Shown: positions 51,884 to 60,843, numbered from the stretch's first letter. The stretch is 64,000 nucleotides of DNA from an uncultured bacterium (GCA_949285455.1 CASDXP010000002.1:10188-74187), one strand, 5' to 3'. Numbers and translations: made by a program. The notes: generated by a model from the letters alone, not told the origin.

Positions 51884-53074
51884 ATGAAATTGATAGTTAG
51901 AGAAAATTATTTAAATAAATTAATTGATGTAATCGATACACCAGATATAAAAATCATTACTGGCGTTAGAAGATCGGGGAAATCTAAACTATTAGATTGT
52001 TTCTATGATTATTTAAAATCCAATAATAAAGGCAATATTATAAGAATTAAATTGAATTTAAAGCAATTTGAAAAATTGCTGGATAAAGAAAAATTATATG
52101 AATATATAGACCAAAATTATGCCGAAGATGTTAATAATTATTTATTGATTGATGAAATTCAACTATGCAAAGACTTTGAAAGAATTATAAATAGTTTGCA
52201 TGAAGAAGAAAGATTCGACATATATTTGACAGGCTCAAACGCATTTCTTTTATCAAGCGATTTAGCGACTTTGTTTGGCGGGCGAGTTTTTGAAATAAAT
52301 ATGTTTCCATTTTCATTTAAGGAATTTTTAAAATATTTTCAATATCAAGATATTTATCAAGCTTTTGATGAATATGTCATAAAGGGAGGAATGTCTGGAA
52401 GTTATTTATATAAAAATAGCACGGATGCTTTTAAATACATAGAAGGCATTTATAAGACCACTATCGTAAAAGATATCGTACAAAAATATAAGATTGATAA
52501 CGAAGACTTGTTAATTCTAATCGCTAATTATTTAATTGATAATTTAGGAAATATTACATCGATTAGAAATTTGGCAAATTGTTTAACTTCTAACACTTAC
52601 AAGACTAACGATAAAACAGTAGGTTCTTATTTAGATTATTTATGTAAATCATTCTTGTTTTATCCTCTAAGAAGATATGACATTAAAGGTAAAAAATATT
52701 TAAAATCAGAAAGAAAATATTGTTTAGTAGATACTTCTTTTAGATATGCGACAATAGGAACGAAAAATGCAGATTATGGACACATATATGAAAACATAGT
52801 CGCCATTGAATTGTTGCGTAGGGGTTATGAACTATACGTTGGTGTGTTAAAAAATAAAGAAATAGATTATGTGGCAATTAAAAACGGAAATAAATTATAT
52901 ATTCAGGTAAGTGACGATATATCAAAAGAGGAAACATTTAAAAGAGAAATAGAACCATTATTAAGTATTAAAGATGCCTATCCTAAATTACTAATTGCTA
53001 GAACTAAACATCCTGAAAGCCAATATGAAGGGGTAGCAATAGTAGATATCGCCGATTGGCTAAATTATAAATAA
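51884..53074 (+). CDS. COG1373-type AAA+ ATPase with a degenerate C-terminal DUF4143/PD-(D/E)xK-like domain
   Basis: Walker A ITGVRRSGKSKL. The C-terminal EIDYVAI...IQVS region has QVS in place of the E-x-K seen in its paralogs. Confidence 0.7.
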   Translation: MKLIVRENYLNKLIDVIDTPDIKIITGVRRSGKSKLLDCFYDYLKSNNKGNIIRIKLNLKQFEKLLDKEKLYEYIDQNYAEDVNNYLLIDEIQLCKDFERIINSLHEEERFDIYLTGSNAFLLSSDLATLFGGRVFEINMFPFSFKEFLKYFQYQDIYQAFDEYVIKGGMSGSYLYKNSTDAFKYIEGIYKTTIVKDIVQKYKIDNEDLLILIANYLIDNLGNITSIRNLANCLTSNTYKTNDKTVGSYLDYLCKSFLFYPLRRYDIKGKKYLKSERKYCLVDTSFRYATIGTKNADYGHIYENIVAIELLRRGYELYVGVLKNKEIDYVAIKNGNKLYIQVSDDISKEETFKREIEPLLSIKDAYPKLLIARTKHPESQYEGVAIVDIADWLNYK

Positions 53075-53090
53075 TAGGCTTATTATCTTC

Positions 53091-53127
53091 ATTTCGCAAA
53101 AATTAAAAAATAATAATTTTGCGAAAT
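53091..53127. repeat. Second copy of the ATTTCGCAAAA-N15-TTTTGCGAAAT element, immediately downstream of the 51884 gene
   Basis: About 34 of 37 positions are identical to the copy at 51815-51851. Confidence 0.6.
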
Positions 53128-53327
53128 AACAATTATATTATTTCAAATTTGCATCTTCTAAGGTAATGAATTCCTTTTTCTGGTCACCCCCTTTCACGAT
53201 GCGACCTTTTTTGCTCGTTCCGCCTCAACTTTTACTTTAATGATTTCATCAATAAGTTCTTCTTTAGATAGAGAATCATAGTTCTTGTAATCAATAGTTT
53301 TCTTTTTGTTAACACAATAACCAAAAA

Positions 53328-53398
53328 TCCGATGTTTGTGACAAAAAATGCGAAAAAAATCCCATGTTTGTGACTAAATTTATCCCATGTTTGTAGCT
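53328..53398. repeat. Three direct repeats of ATCC(C/G)ATGTTTGT(G/A)(A/G)C
   Basis: Copies at 53328-53343, 53360-53375 and 53383-53398, in a non-coding decayed region. Confidence 0.55.
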
Positions 53399-53722
53399 AG
53401 TCGCTTAGAACAGTTCTAGTAAAACGCAAATTTTAGCTCTTTATTTGACTATAAAAATGAAGATGATTCACTAAGTTTTTCAAATGTTTGCGTAAAACAA
53501 TACTTTTGTTGCATTAAGATTTTATAGAAAGAGTAGCGAAAATAGATATCACTAACGAACTAAATTATTTCAAATTCTTTTCGTTTAAATGTTTAAATTT
53601 CTTTCTCTTATTACCTCTTTTTGATGCGCTTATTTAACAAAGCATAAAAAACTAGGTTTTCATCAAAACTTAAATTTTTTTCTTTTATTTTCTTTATATT
53701 TATCGTGGAGGTAAAAAAACAA

Positions 53723-53878
53723 ATGGCAAACAAATATGTTGGTGAATTTTTCGTAAATAACATGCGAACGAAAGAAGAAGTATTTGCGAACGATTCCATC
53801 CAAGCAAGAAAAATTATCGAAGCAAAATATCCTAACTGTAATATTAGATGGATCTTCTTCCCTAAAATTGTTCGTTAA
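53723..53878 (+). CDS. Small protein (51 aa), MANKYVGEFFVNNMRTKEEVFANDSIQARKIIEAKYPNCNIRWIFFPKIVR
   Basis: GGAGG RBS seven nucleotides upstream. Below the ORF-track size cutoff. Confidence 0.4.
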   Translation: MANKYVGEFFVNNMRTKEEVFANDSIQARKIIEAKYPNCNIRWIFFPKIVR

Positions 53879-53904
53879 AAAATAGAAAGGAAAATATTTA
53901 ATTT

Positions 53905-54676
53905 ATGGGTATCTTTAAAACAGTATTTGAATCATTATTTGGAAGTAAAAAACAAACTTCCACACAGCCTAATCCTGATGAGCCAAGCGCTCCAGTGAAT
54001 GATCATAATCCAAGAAATAAAAAAAGCGAACTGGTTTTCTTCTAAAGAAGGTATCGAAAGTTTAAAAGAACATACGACACCTAAAGCTTACTTATTAGAA
54101 GAAAGATTAAATCAAGAATTTAAAAATAAAAATTTCGGTGGAAGAGATGTTTCGTTCGACATTTTCTTAAATGTTTATCATAAGGACGCGGTCATCCCGC
54201 AAGTGTATTTCTCTAACTTTGTTAACACAATCGAAGCTCAACCATTAAAATATGTAGGGCCAAGTGAAATGCTTACAGGCGTCCTTTCCACCTTAGCGAA
54301 AACTTATTATTTAGATGATGATGGTGAACCAGTGGAAAAGAAAAGTGCGCTTACGCCTGAAGACCTAGTGTCTTTTGAAAATAATCCAGTTCTTAAATTC
54401 GTTAAAGCTTTCACTTGTTTCCAAATTGAAGATGATGATGAAGGATCATGGACTGATAAATTTGCTTTATATTCTGATGTTTTAATTTTCTTAGGATTAT
54501 GTAGTTTTGGAGATAAGAATGTCTTAAATGAAAATGCTTGGTTGCTTGATAAAACTACTTACTTCAATAATTTAGGTACGGTGAAGAAAGAAAAAGGATT
54601 CATCAAATATTGCATCGAAAAATGCACCTATCCTGATTATTGGAAGAGCAAATTAGACGAATTAGACGAAAAATAA
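53905..54676 (+). pseudogene. Gene with the MGIFK-type N-terminus interrupted by a frameshift at an A7 tract (54019-54025). It would be intact with A6.
   Basis: Frame 1 reads MGIFKTVFESLFGSKKQ...PRNKKSELVFF* with its stop at 54043. Deleting one A joins it to the 53999-54676 ORF (..KKANWFSSKEGIESL..). The N-terminus is paralogous to the 49205 protein. Confidence 0.5.
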
Positions 54677-54705
54677 ATAGATTCTTATCATTAACTTTAT
54701 TATTT

Positions 54706-54727
54706 AGGGACCTTCGGGTCTCTTTTT
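54706..54727 (+). terminator. Rho-independent terminator with a UUCG tetraloop
   Basis: AGGGACC-TTCG-GGTCTCT followed by TTTTT. Confidence 0.65.
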
Positions 54728-54745
54728 AATTAATATAGCTTTGAG

Positions 54746-54767
54746 TTGTCCTAATTTTGTGGACAAC
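54746..54767. promoter_or_regulatory. Inverted repeat GTTGTCC-N8-GGACAAC just upstream of the second Fic gene
   Basis: Perfect 7-bp arms at 54746-54752 and 54761-54767. Confidence 0.5.
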
Positions 54768-54794
54768 TGAATGGTGTTTTGTTATCATATACAT

Positions 54795-55643
54795 ATGATA
54801 AAATATTCAATTAGATATTTTAATGGTAAACCAATAAGAGCTATTTGGGACGCTGATAAAGCGATATGGCGATATTCCGCAGTGGATTTTATTACTGTTT
54901 TAATAAATCCCCATTCATCTCGCCGTTATTGGAACAATGTAAAAGCAAGAAATCCTACACTACTAGAGTTTTGTAGCCAAGCAAAACTATATGCATCTGA
55001 TAATAAAAAATATTTAACCGATGTCATCGATGAATTTGGTGTAAGGCTTTTACTTACTATCATTCCTTCTAAATATAAAAAAGAAATTCAAGATTGGTTA
55101 AAAGGAATGCTCGATCCCATCGATGAACAAAGTAAAAGGAAAGCTTATCAGCTATATCAAACATCACTCATTTCTGAAGACGAAATCGGAAAGACTATCG
55201 CCTTACAAAAAATACATGCTTTTCTATTTGAAGGATTATATCCTTTCGCGGGACAAATTCGCTCGAAAACAATAGCAAAAGGTGGATTCGTTTTCGCAAA
55301 CGGTGACTTTCTTCCTCAAATTCTTCCCAAGATAGATAAAATGATGGAAGATAATTTTGATCACATCGTGGAAAAATATGTGGAAATGAACATCGCTCAC
55401 CCATTTTTAGAAGGAAATGGTAGAGCGACGAGAATTTGGCTTGATTTAATACTCATTAAAAATCTTAAAAAATGTATCGATTGGTCAAAGATTGATAAAG
55501 ATGAATATCTCTTAGCGATGAAAGAAAGCCCATTTAATGATTTAAGGATTAAACAATTATTAAAAGATGCCATAACTAGTGAAATAGATAATAGAGAACT
55601 ATTTATTAAAGGAATCGATACCTCATATTATTACGAACGTTAA
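54795..55643 (+). CDS. Fic-family protein of the RhuM type. Start placed at MIKYSIRYF.
   Basis: HPFLEGNGRATR Fic motif. The N-terminal IRAIWDADKAIWRYSAVDFITVL resembles the RhuM / Bro-N-like N-terminus. Confidence 0.75.
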   Translation: MIKYSIRYFNGKPIRAIWDADKAIWRYSAVDFITVLINPHSSRRYWNNVKARNPTLLEFCSQAKLYASDNKKYLTDVIDEFGVRLLLTIIPSKYKKEIQDWLKGMLDPIDEQSKRKAYQLYQTSLISEDEIGKTIALQKIHAFLFEGLYPFAGQIRSKTIAKGGFVFANGDFLPQILPKIDKMMEDNFDHIVEKYVEMNIAHPFLEGNGRATRIWLDLILIKNLKKCIDWSKIDKDEYLLAMKESPFNDLRIKQLLKDAITSEIDNRELFIKGIDTSYYYER

Positions 55644-55806
55644 ACTATTATCAGATAATGAAAAATTTAACTAAGTTTTGACAAAAAGTACGCTTATAGG
55701 CAAAAATTAACAAAAGAGTTTCTAACTTTTATTTAAATTAATAACTTATCTATAGTTTAACTATAGATTTTTTAAAAATTAATGGATGGACGTCATTAGA
55801 TAAAAT

Positions 55807-55893
55807 AAAAACTCCCTTGAAAAAAGTTCCAACTCGATATAAAACTCCCTTGAAAAAAGTGCAAAAATGACTTCAAACTCCCTTGAAAAAAGT
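55807..55893. repeat. Three direct repeats of AAAACTCCCTTGAAAAAAGT with 34-bp periodicity, upstream of a COG1373 gene
   Basis: Copies at 55807-55827, 55841-55860 and 55875-55893. Confidence 0.7.
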
Positions 55894-55919
55894 TTAAAAT
55901 GTGTTTGGGAGATAAAGAA

Positions 55920-57272
55920 ATGTTTAAAAGAAAAATTTATGATCAAATCTTAAATTGGAAAAAATCAAGAAATCACAAACCATTAATTATTAGTGGTTTA
56001 AGACAAATCGGTAAGACGACGATTGTCGAAAATTTTGCCAAGGAAAATTACGAATCTGTCATCAAACTAGATTTTAGAAAAGACGCAAGTCTACATGAAA
56101 TTTTCGATGGCGATTTTGATATCAACACAATAATTTTTTCATTGTCATTAAAAAACAGCGAATATAAATTTATACCAAATAAAACTTGTTTAATTTTTGA
56201 TGAATTGCAAGATTGCCCGAATGCTAGGTCGTCTTTAAAATATTTTGCCTTAGATGGAAGATTTGATGTCATTTGTACTGGCTCTTTACTCGGCATTAAA
56301 AATTATCGTCACACCAAGAAACCTTTTAGAGGTATACCAGTGGGATTCGAAGATTATCTATTGATGAAACCGATGGATTTCGAAGAATTTCTATGGGCTA
56401 ATTCAATCGATCAATCTATTATTGATAATTTAAAGCAATGCATAGAAAAGAATACTCAAGTCAATACTTTTATACATCAAAAGATGCTTGGTTTATTCAA
56501 TAGATACATTTGTATTGGTGGGATGCCTGAAGTAGTGGATGCATACGTTAACAGTAATGATTTTAACGAAGTTAGAAAAATTCAAAGAAGAATTTTGCAA
56601 AGTTTTGAGGCTGATTTTGGCACTCATCTTAATGACCATAATGAAATAATTGTGGATGATAACGCTAAGGCAAAAATTATTGCGACCTTTAAGTCGATAC
56701 CACACCAACTAGCGAAAGATAATCAAAAATTTCAATATTCTGCTATTGTGAAAAATGCCAAAGGGAAAGAATATAAAACTGCTATTGAATGGTTAGAAGA
56801 TTATGGTCTTATTTCTCGATGCTATAACTTAACTTTGCCCGAGCTTCCATTCGATTCTTTTGTTACACAAAATTACTTCAAGATATATGCTGCCGATAGC
56901 GGATTATTTATCGCAATGTTAGATGATAATATTCCAGATCTAATCATCAATAATAAACTTAAGATTGCTAAAGGAGCAATATATGAAAATATAGTCGCAG
57001 ATGCTTTTTCTAAATTAGGAAGAAAATTATATTTCTATCATAAAAACAGCGGGCTAGAAATTGATTTCATTACTAGTTTTCATAAAGAAGTTGCGCTTGT
57101 AGAAGTAAAATCTAAAGATGGGAATGCAAAAGCAGCAAAAGAGATATTAAAAAATAAAGAAAAATATCAAGTAAATAAATTAATTAAACTTACCGCACAA
57201 AATATTGGCATTAATGAAAATATCTATACCTATCCTTATTATTTAACTTCATTCATATTTAAAGATGAATAA
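55920..57272 (+). CDS. COG1373-type AAA+ ATPase with a C-terminal DUF4143/PD-(D/E)xK-like domain. Start placed at MFKRK behind a GGGAG RBS.
   Basis: Walker A ISGLRQIGKTT; Walker B LIFDELQ; C-terminal EIDFITS...ALVEVKSK (D...E-V-K). Confidence 0.75.
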   Translation: MFKRKIYDQILNWKKSRNHKPLIISGLRQIGKTTIVENFAKENYESVIKLDFRKDASLHEIFDGDFDINTIIFSLSLKNSEYKFIPNKTCLIFDELQDCPNARSSLKYFALDGRFDVICTGSLLGIKNYRHTKKPFRGIPVGFEDYLLMKPMDFEEFLWANSIDQSIIDNLKQCIEKNTQVNTFIHQKMLGLFNRYICIGGMPEVVDAYVNSNDFNEVRKIQRRILQSFEADFGTHLNDHNEIIVDDNAKAKIIATFKSIPHQLAKDNQKFQYSAIVKNAKGKEYKTAIEWLEDYGLISRCYNLTLPELPFDSFVTQNYFKIYAADSGLFIAMLDDNIPDLIINNKLKIAKGAIYENIVADAFSKLGRKLYFYHKNSGLEIDFITSFHKEVALVEVKSKDGNAKAAKEILKNKEKYQVNKLIKLTAQNIGINENIYTYPYYLTSFIFKDE

Positions 57273-57334
57273 TTATTACTCAACTTATTATATTATAATA
57301 ATTTCATAAATCTAATGGAGGTAATGTGTTACAT

Positions 57335-58280
57335 ATGAAGAAGATTTTGCTTAGTGGTGTGGACGGTAATTTTGGTCGCGTCTGTGCAAAAGAATTACTA
57401 GATAAATATCCACATGAAGATTTAATTTTTACTGCGCCTAAAAAAAGAAGGTTTAAAAGCTTATGAAAACTTAGGTGTCACTTTAAGAGTCGCAGATTTT
57501 AATAATCCTGAAACTTTAAAAGAAGCATTTAAAGACGCAGATACGTTAATTTTAATTTCTATGCCTTTCGTAGGGCCTAGAAGAAGAAAAGTACAAAAAG
57601 ATGCGGTAGATGCCGCAAAAAGTGCTGGTGTAGACCGTATCGTTTATACTTCAATTGTCGGTGCTGGCCATAAAGATATCGACACTTACGAAGTTAATGA
57701 TCACGTTTACACCGAAGCCTATATTAAAGAAACTGGCCTTCATTATTTATTCATGAGAGATTCACAATACGCAGAAGCCATGGTCTCCAATTACATTAAT
57801 GCTTATACGAATACGAATAATGTTTTAGCTAATAATATGGGCCAAGGTAAGATGGCTTACATCTCACGTGATGATTGTGCGATATGCGCCGCGCACGCAG
57901 CGATGAGCGATTGGAAAGATCGCGTCGTCGACGTTAATGGTGCTGAACCTCTCACGATTGAAGAATATATTAATATCGCTAACGAAGTAACAGGACATAA
58001 TGTTAAATACATCGAAATTAGTGATGAAGAACTATATAAGTTCTTCGATTCTATTGGTGTCCCACACACTACCGAAGAGATGTGGGCGAAAACAGCGACT
58101 AACTTTCCTTTCTGCAGCGATGGCATGGTAACTTTTGGTAGAGCGATTAGGCTAGGTCAAATGTCAACATTTACGAATGACTTTGAAAAACTTGTCGGAA
58201 GAAAACCTATAAGTGTTAAAGAAATCTTTGAACACATGGAAGAACATCTAATTGGACAAAGAACTTCAACTGAAGATTAA
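57335..58280 (+). pseudogene. NmrA-like NAD(P)-binding (atypical SDR) gene interrupted by a frameshift at an A7 tract (57440-57446)
   Basis: MKKILLSGVDGNFGRVCAKELL Rossmann N-terminus stops at 57464-57466. With A6 it continues into the 57561-58280 frame (..APKKEGLKAYENLGV..ISMPFVGPRRRK..). Confidence 0.6.
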
Positions 58281-58388
58281 TTATTAAAAAGTTTTTATTA
58301 ATCATGGAAGAGTAACGATTCCTAAAGTCGTTACTTTTTTTGTTATTTTATTAATAACGTTTAAAATATTAGAAGAGGTGAGTAAAAC

Positions 58389-58724
58389 ATGTTTTGTAAG
58401 TATTGTGGAACAAAAATAGATACAGGAGTAAGAGTGTGTCCTCATTGTCATAATGTTTTAGACGATGGTGTAGGACCTCAAATGAATACATATAGAGGAG
58501 TGGAAGGAGCAAGCACTTTGCGTCTTTTAGCCTTCGTGTTCGCGCTTATAAATCTTATCTTAACCGCTTTTTGCATCATTCCTTTATGTTGGACTATTCC
58601 TATGACTATACACATTTATCGTGGCTATAAATATAACGATCCTATTTCCGTAGCGTTTAAGATTTGTACTTTATTATTTTTAAGTCTTATCGCGGGCATC
58701 CTTTTACTTTGTGATCAAGACTAA
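58389..58724 (+). CDS. Zinc-ribbon membrane protein
   Basis: N-terminal CKYCG...CPHCH zinc ribbon, followed by two TM helices. Confidence 0.55.
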   Translation: MFCKYCGTKIDTGVRVCPHCHNVLDDGVGPQMNTYRGVEGASTLRLLAFVFALINLILTAFCIIPLCWTIPMTIHIYRGYKYNDPISVAFKICTLLFLSLIAGILLLCDQD

Positions 58725-58897
58725 TAAAATCAGAAAACAAATTTGAAAAAAAACATATTTTATAAAGAAAAGATGAAGCATAAGAGAAACGATTTTAAAT
58801 TTTAAAAGATGGATTTGAAAAAATAATTATTGTTAAAAATAAATTAAAGCCAACCCGCAATGATAAAGGCATAGTTATCGTCGATCTTTTTGATTTT

Positions 58898-59000
58898 TTA
58901 CTAAACTCCCTTGATTTTTAGTCAAAAAATTGTCAAAACTCGCTTTAAAATTAGTCAAAAATATTACTAAACTCCCTTGATTATTAGTCAAATAACTTGT
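58898..59000. repeat. Two copies of a 37-bp direct repeat, TTACTAAACTCCCTTGATT(T/A)TTAGTCAAA..., that share the AAACTCCCTTGA core with the 55.8-kb repeats
   Basis: Copies at 58898-58934 and 58964-59000. The second abuts an extended -10 TGTTATAAT. Confidence 0.7.
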
Positions 59001-59031
59001 TATAATACTAATGTATTAAAGGGGTGATTTT

Positions 59032-60381
59032 ATGTATTTAAAACGTAAGATTGATAAAATTTTATTAGAATGGTGGAAAAAACCACATCATTCCCCCGCC
59101 TTAGTAAGTGGGGTAAGGCAATGTGGCAAAACGATGTCTATTCTTCAATTTGCTTCAAAGCATTTCGCTCATGTCATCTACATCAATTTTTGGAAGACAC
59201 CGAAGATTAAAGAATGTTTCGATACATCTTTAGACGTTGATAATATCATCAAATTATTATCATTTTTCGATGCGAGTTTTTCTTTTGAATCTTTCAAAAC
59301 AATCATCATTTTAGATGAAATTCAAGATTGTCCAAACGCACGTTTGTCGCTCAAATTTTTCAAAGAAGATGGTCGATTTGAAGTCATCGCTAGCGGATCA
59401 TATATTGGACTTAACATTTTAGAAAATGAAGTTCCTGTTCCTATGCCTAATGGTGCGGAAGATATCATTTATATGAAGACGATGGATTTTGAAGAATTCT
59501 TGTGGGCGAATGGTTACGATGGGGAAACTATTTCTCATCTAGAAAATTATTTTGAAAAGAAAGAAACTGTTCCATCTTCCATCCATGAGAAAATGAAACA
59601 GTTATTCAAAGAATACATGTGCGTTGGGGGCTATCCAGAAGTTGTTTTAGATTATGTTTCTTCACATAATTTTTCATCCGCGTTCAATAAAATTAATAGC
59701 CTTATCTTTGATATTAAAGGTGACCCAATTAAAAGGATGAACGAAGAAGGAAAAAGTTTATATAATCCAAGCGAAATTATGCGCATTCAAAATGCTTTCG
59801 ATTTGATTGTTTCATCTTCCTTTAAAGATAATCAAAGATTCGTCATCTCTAAAATTAGTCATGGGAATGGATTAGTTAATAAAGACGCAGTTAATTATTT
59901 AGTAAACGCAAATGTAGCTTTTAAAGTTCATAATGTAGCGAATGTAAGCTTACCTTTAATCGTCTCCAAAATAGAAAGTGATTTCAGATTATATTACAGC
60001 GATATCTCTATTTTTATGGCTATGTGTGGCTTCGACACCATTAAGGCTTTAATGCAAGATAGCTTAGGAATGAATAAAGGTCAAATTTATGAAGCCGCTT
60101 TAGCGGACTCTTTGTATAAGGCTTCTATTCCTACTTATTATTTTCGTAAAAGTAGTGGTCTAGAAATAGATTTTGTCATATCTTATTTAGGATATTCAAC
60201 TCTAATCGAGGCTAAAGCGAAAAAAGGTAACGCTAAGTCTTCAAAAACTATCATGAATAATAAGGAACATTATGGAGTAACTAAATTAATTAAATTCGGT
60301 GATTACAATATCGCGCAAGAAAATGATGTTCTTACCTTGCCTTACTATTTAGCGTTCCTACTCAATAGAACAAAAGTCTAA
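59032..60381 (+). CDS. COG1373-type AAA+ ATPase with a C-terminal DUF4143/PD-(D/E)xK-like domain
   Basis: Walker A VSGVRQCGKTM; Walker B IILDEIQ; C-terminal EIDFVIS...TLIEAKAK. Confidence 0.75.
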   Translation: MYLKRKIDKILLEWWKKPHHSPALVSGVRQCGKTMSILQFASKHFAHVIYINFWKTPKIKECFDTSLDVDNIIKLLSFFDASFSFESFKTIIILDEIQDCPNARLSLKFFKEDGRFEVIASGSYIGLNILENEVPVPMPNGAEDIIYMKTMDFEEFLWANGYDGETISHLENYFEKKETVPSSIHEKMKQLFKEYMCVGGYPEVVLDYVSSHNFSSAFNKINSLIFDIKGDPIKRMNEEGKSLYNPSEIMRIQNAFDLIVSSSFKDNQRFVISKISHGNGLVNKDAVNYLVNANVAFKVHNVANVSLPLIVSKIESDFRLYYSDISIFMAMCGFDTIKALMQDSLGMNKGQIYEAALADSLYKASIPTYYFRKSSGLEIDFVISYLGYSTLIEAKAKKGNAKSSKTIMNNKEHYGVTKLIKFGDYNIAQENDVLTLPYYLAFLLNRTKV

Positions 60382-60591
60382 TGAAATCTAAAATTAAATT
60401 AGATCAAAAAGCATTGCTTCACCAAATTATGGAATCATCATTTTTACTTTGCCAAGGTTTAGAGAATTCTTGCTTTTGAAGTAAAGCGAAATTAAATAAT
60501 CTTGCTTTGATTTTATTTAAATGCTAGTATTACTAGGCAACTTACTTTAAATCATCATTATTGATTTAAGGCGGAAGGAGTTAAAAGGATT

Positions 60592-60795
60592 ATGAAAAAG
60601 AACATTCACCCAAACTTCCATAAGACGACCATTACTTGTGTTTCTTGTGGTTCTACATTCGAAGCAGGTTCGATTAAGAAAGATATTAAAGTCGACACTT
60701 GTGCGAATTGCCATCCCTTCTATTCTGGTAAGCAAAGATTAGTGCAGGCTGATGGTGCGGTCGATCGTTTCAATAGGAAGCACGGCTTAAAATAA
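60592..60795 (+). CDS. rpmE: 50S ribosomal protein L31 (zinc-binding type)
   Basis: MKKNIHPNFHKTTITCVSCGSTF...CANCHPFYSGKQ. Confidence 0.93.
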   Translation: MKKNIHPNFHKTTITCVSCGSTFEAGSIKKDIKVDTCANCHPFYSGKQRLVQADGAVDRFNRKHGLK

Positions 60796-60810
60796 GAATA
60801 GTTTAGTAAA

Positions 60811-60837
60811 GGAGAAGCCGTTAATTGCGGCTTTTTT
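60811..60837 (+). terminator. Rho-independent terminator after rpmE
   Basis: GAAGCCG-ttaatt-GCGGCTT followed by TTTTTT. Confidence 0.7.
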
Positions 60838-60843
60838 TGATTT

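Noticed and set aside
53130-53400. IS-element transposase remnant on the minus strand
   Set aside because: The reading frame has no start codon. It contains only a short coiled-coil-like peptide, and no inverted terminal repeats were identified. It is recorded only as a weak observation inside a finding.
60546-60570. Zur box upstream of rpmE (inverted repeat TTAAATCA...TGATTTAA)
   Set aside because: The sequence does not match the Zur consensus (TCGTAAT-N-ATTACGA). This L31 is the Cys-containing zinc-ribbon type, not the Zur-regulated C-minus paralog.
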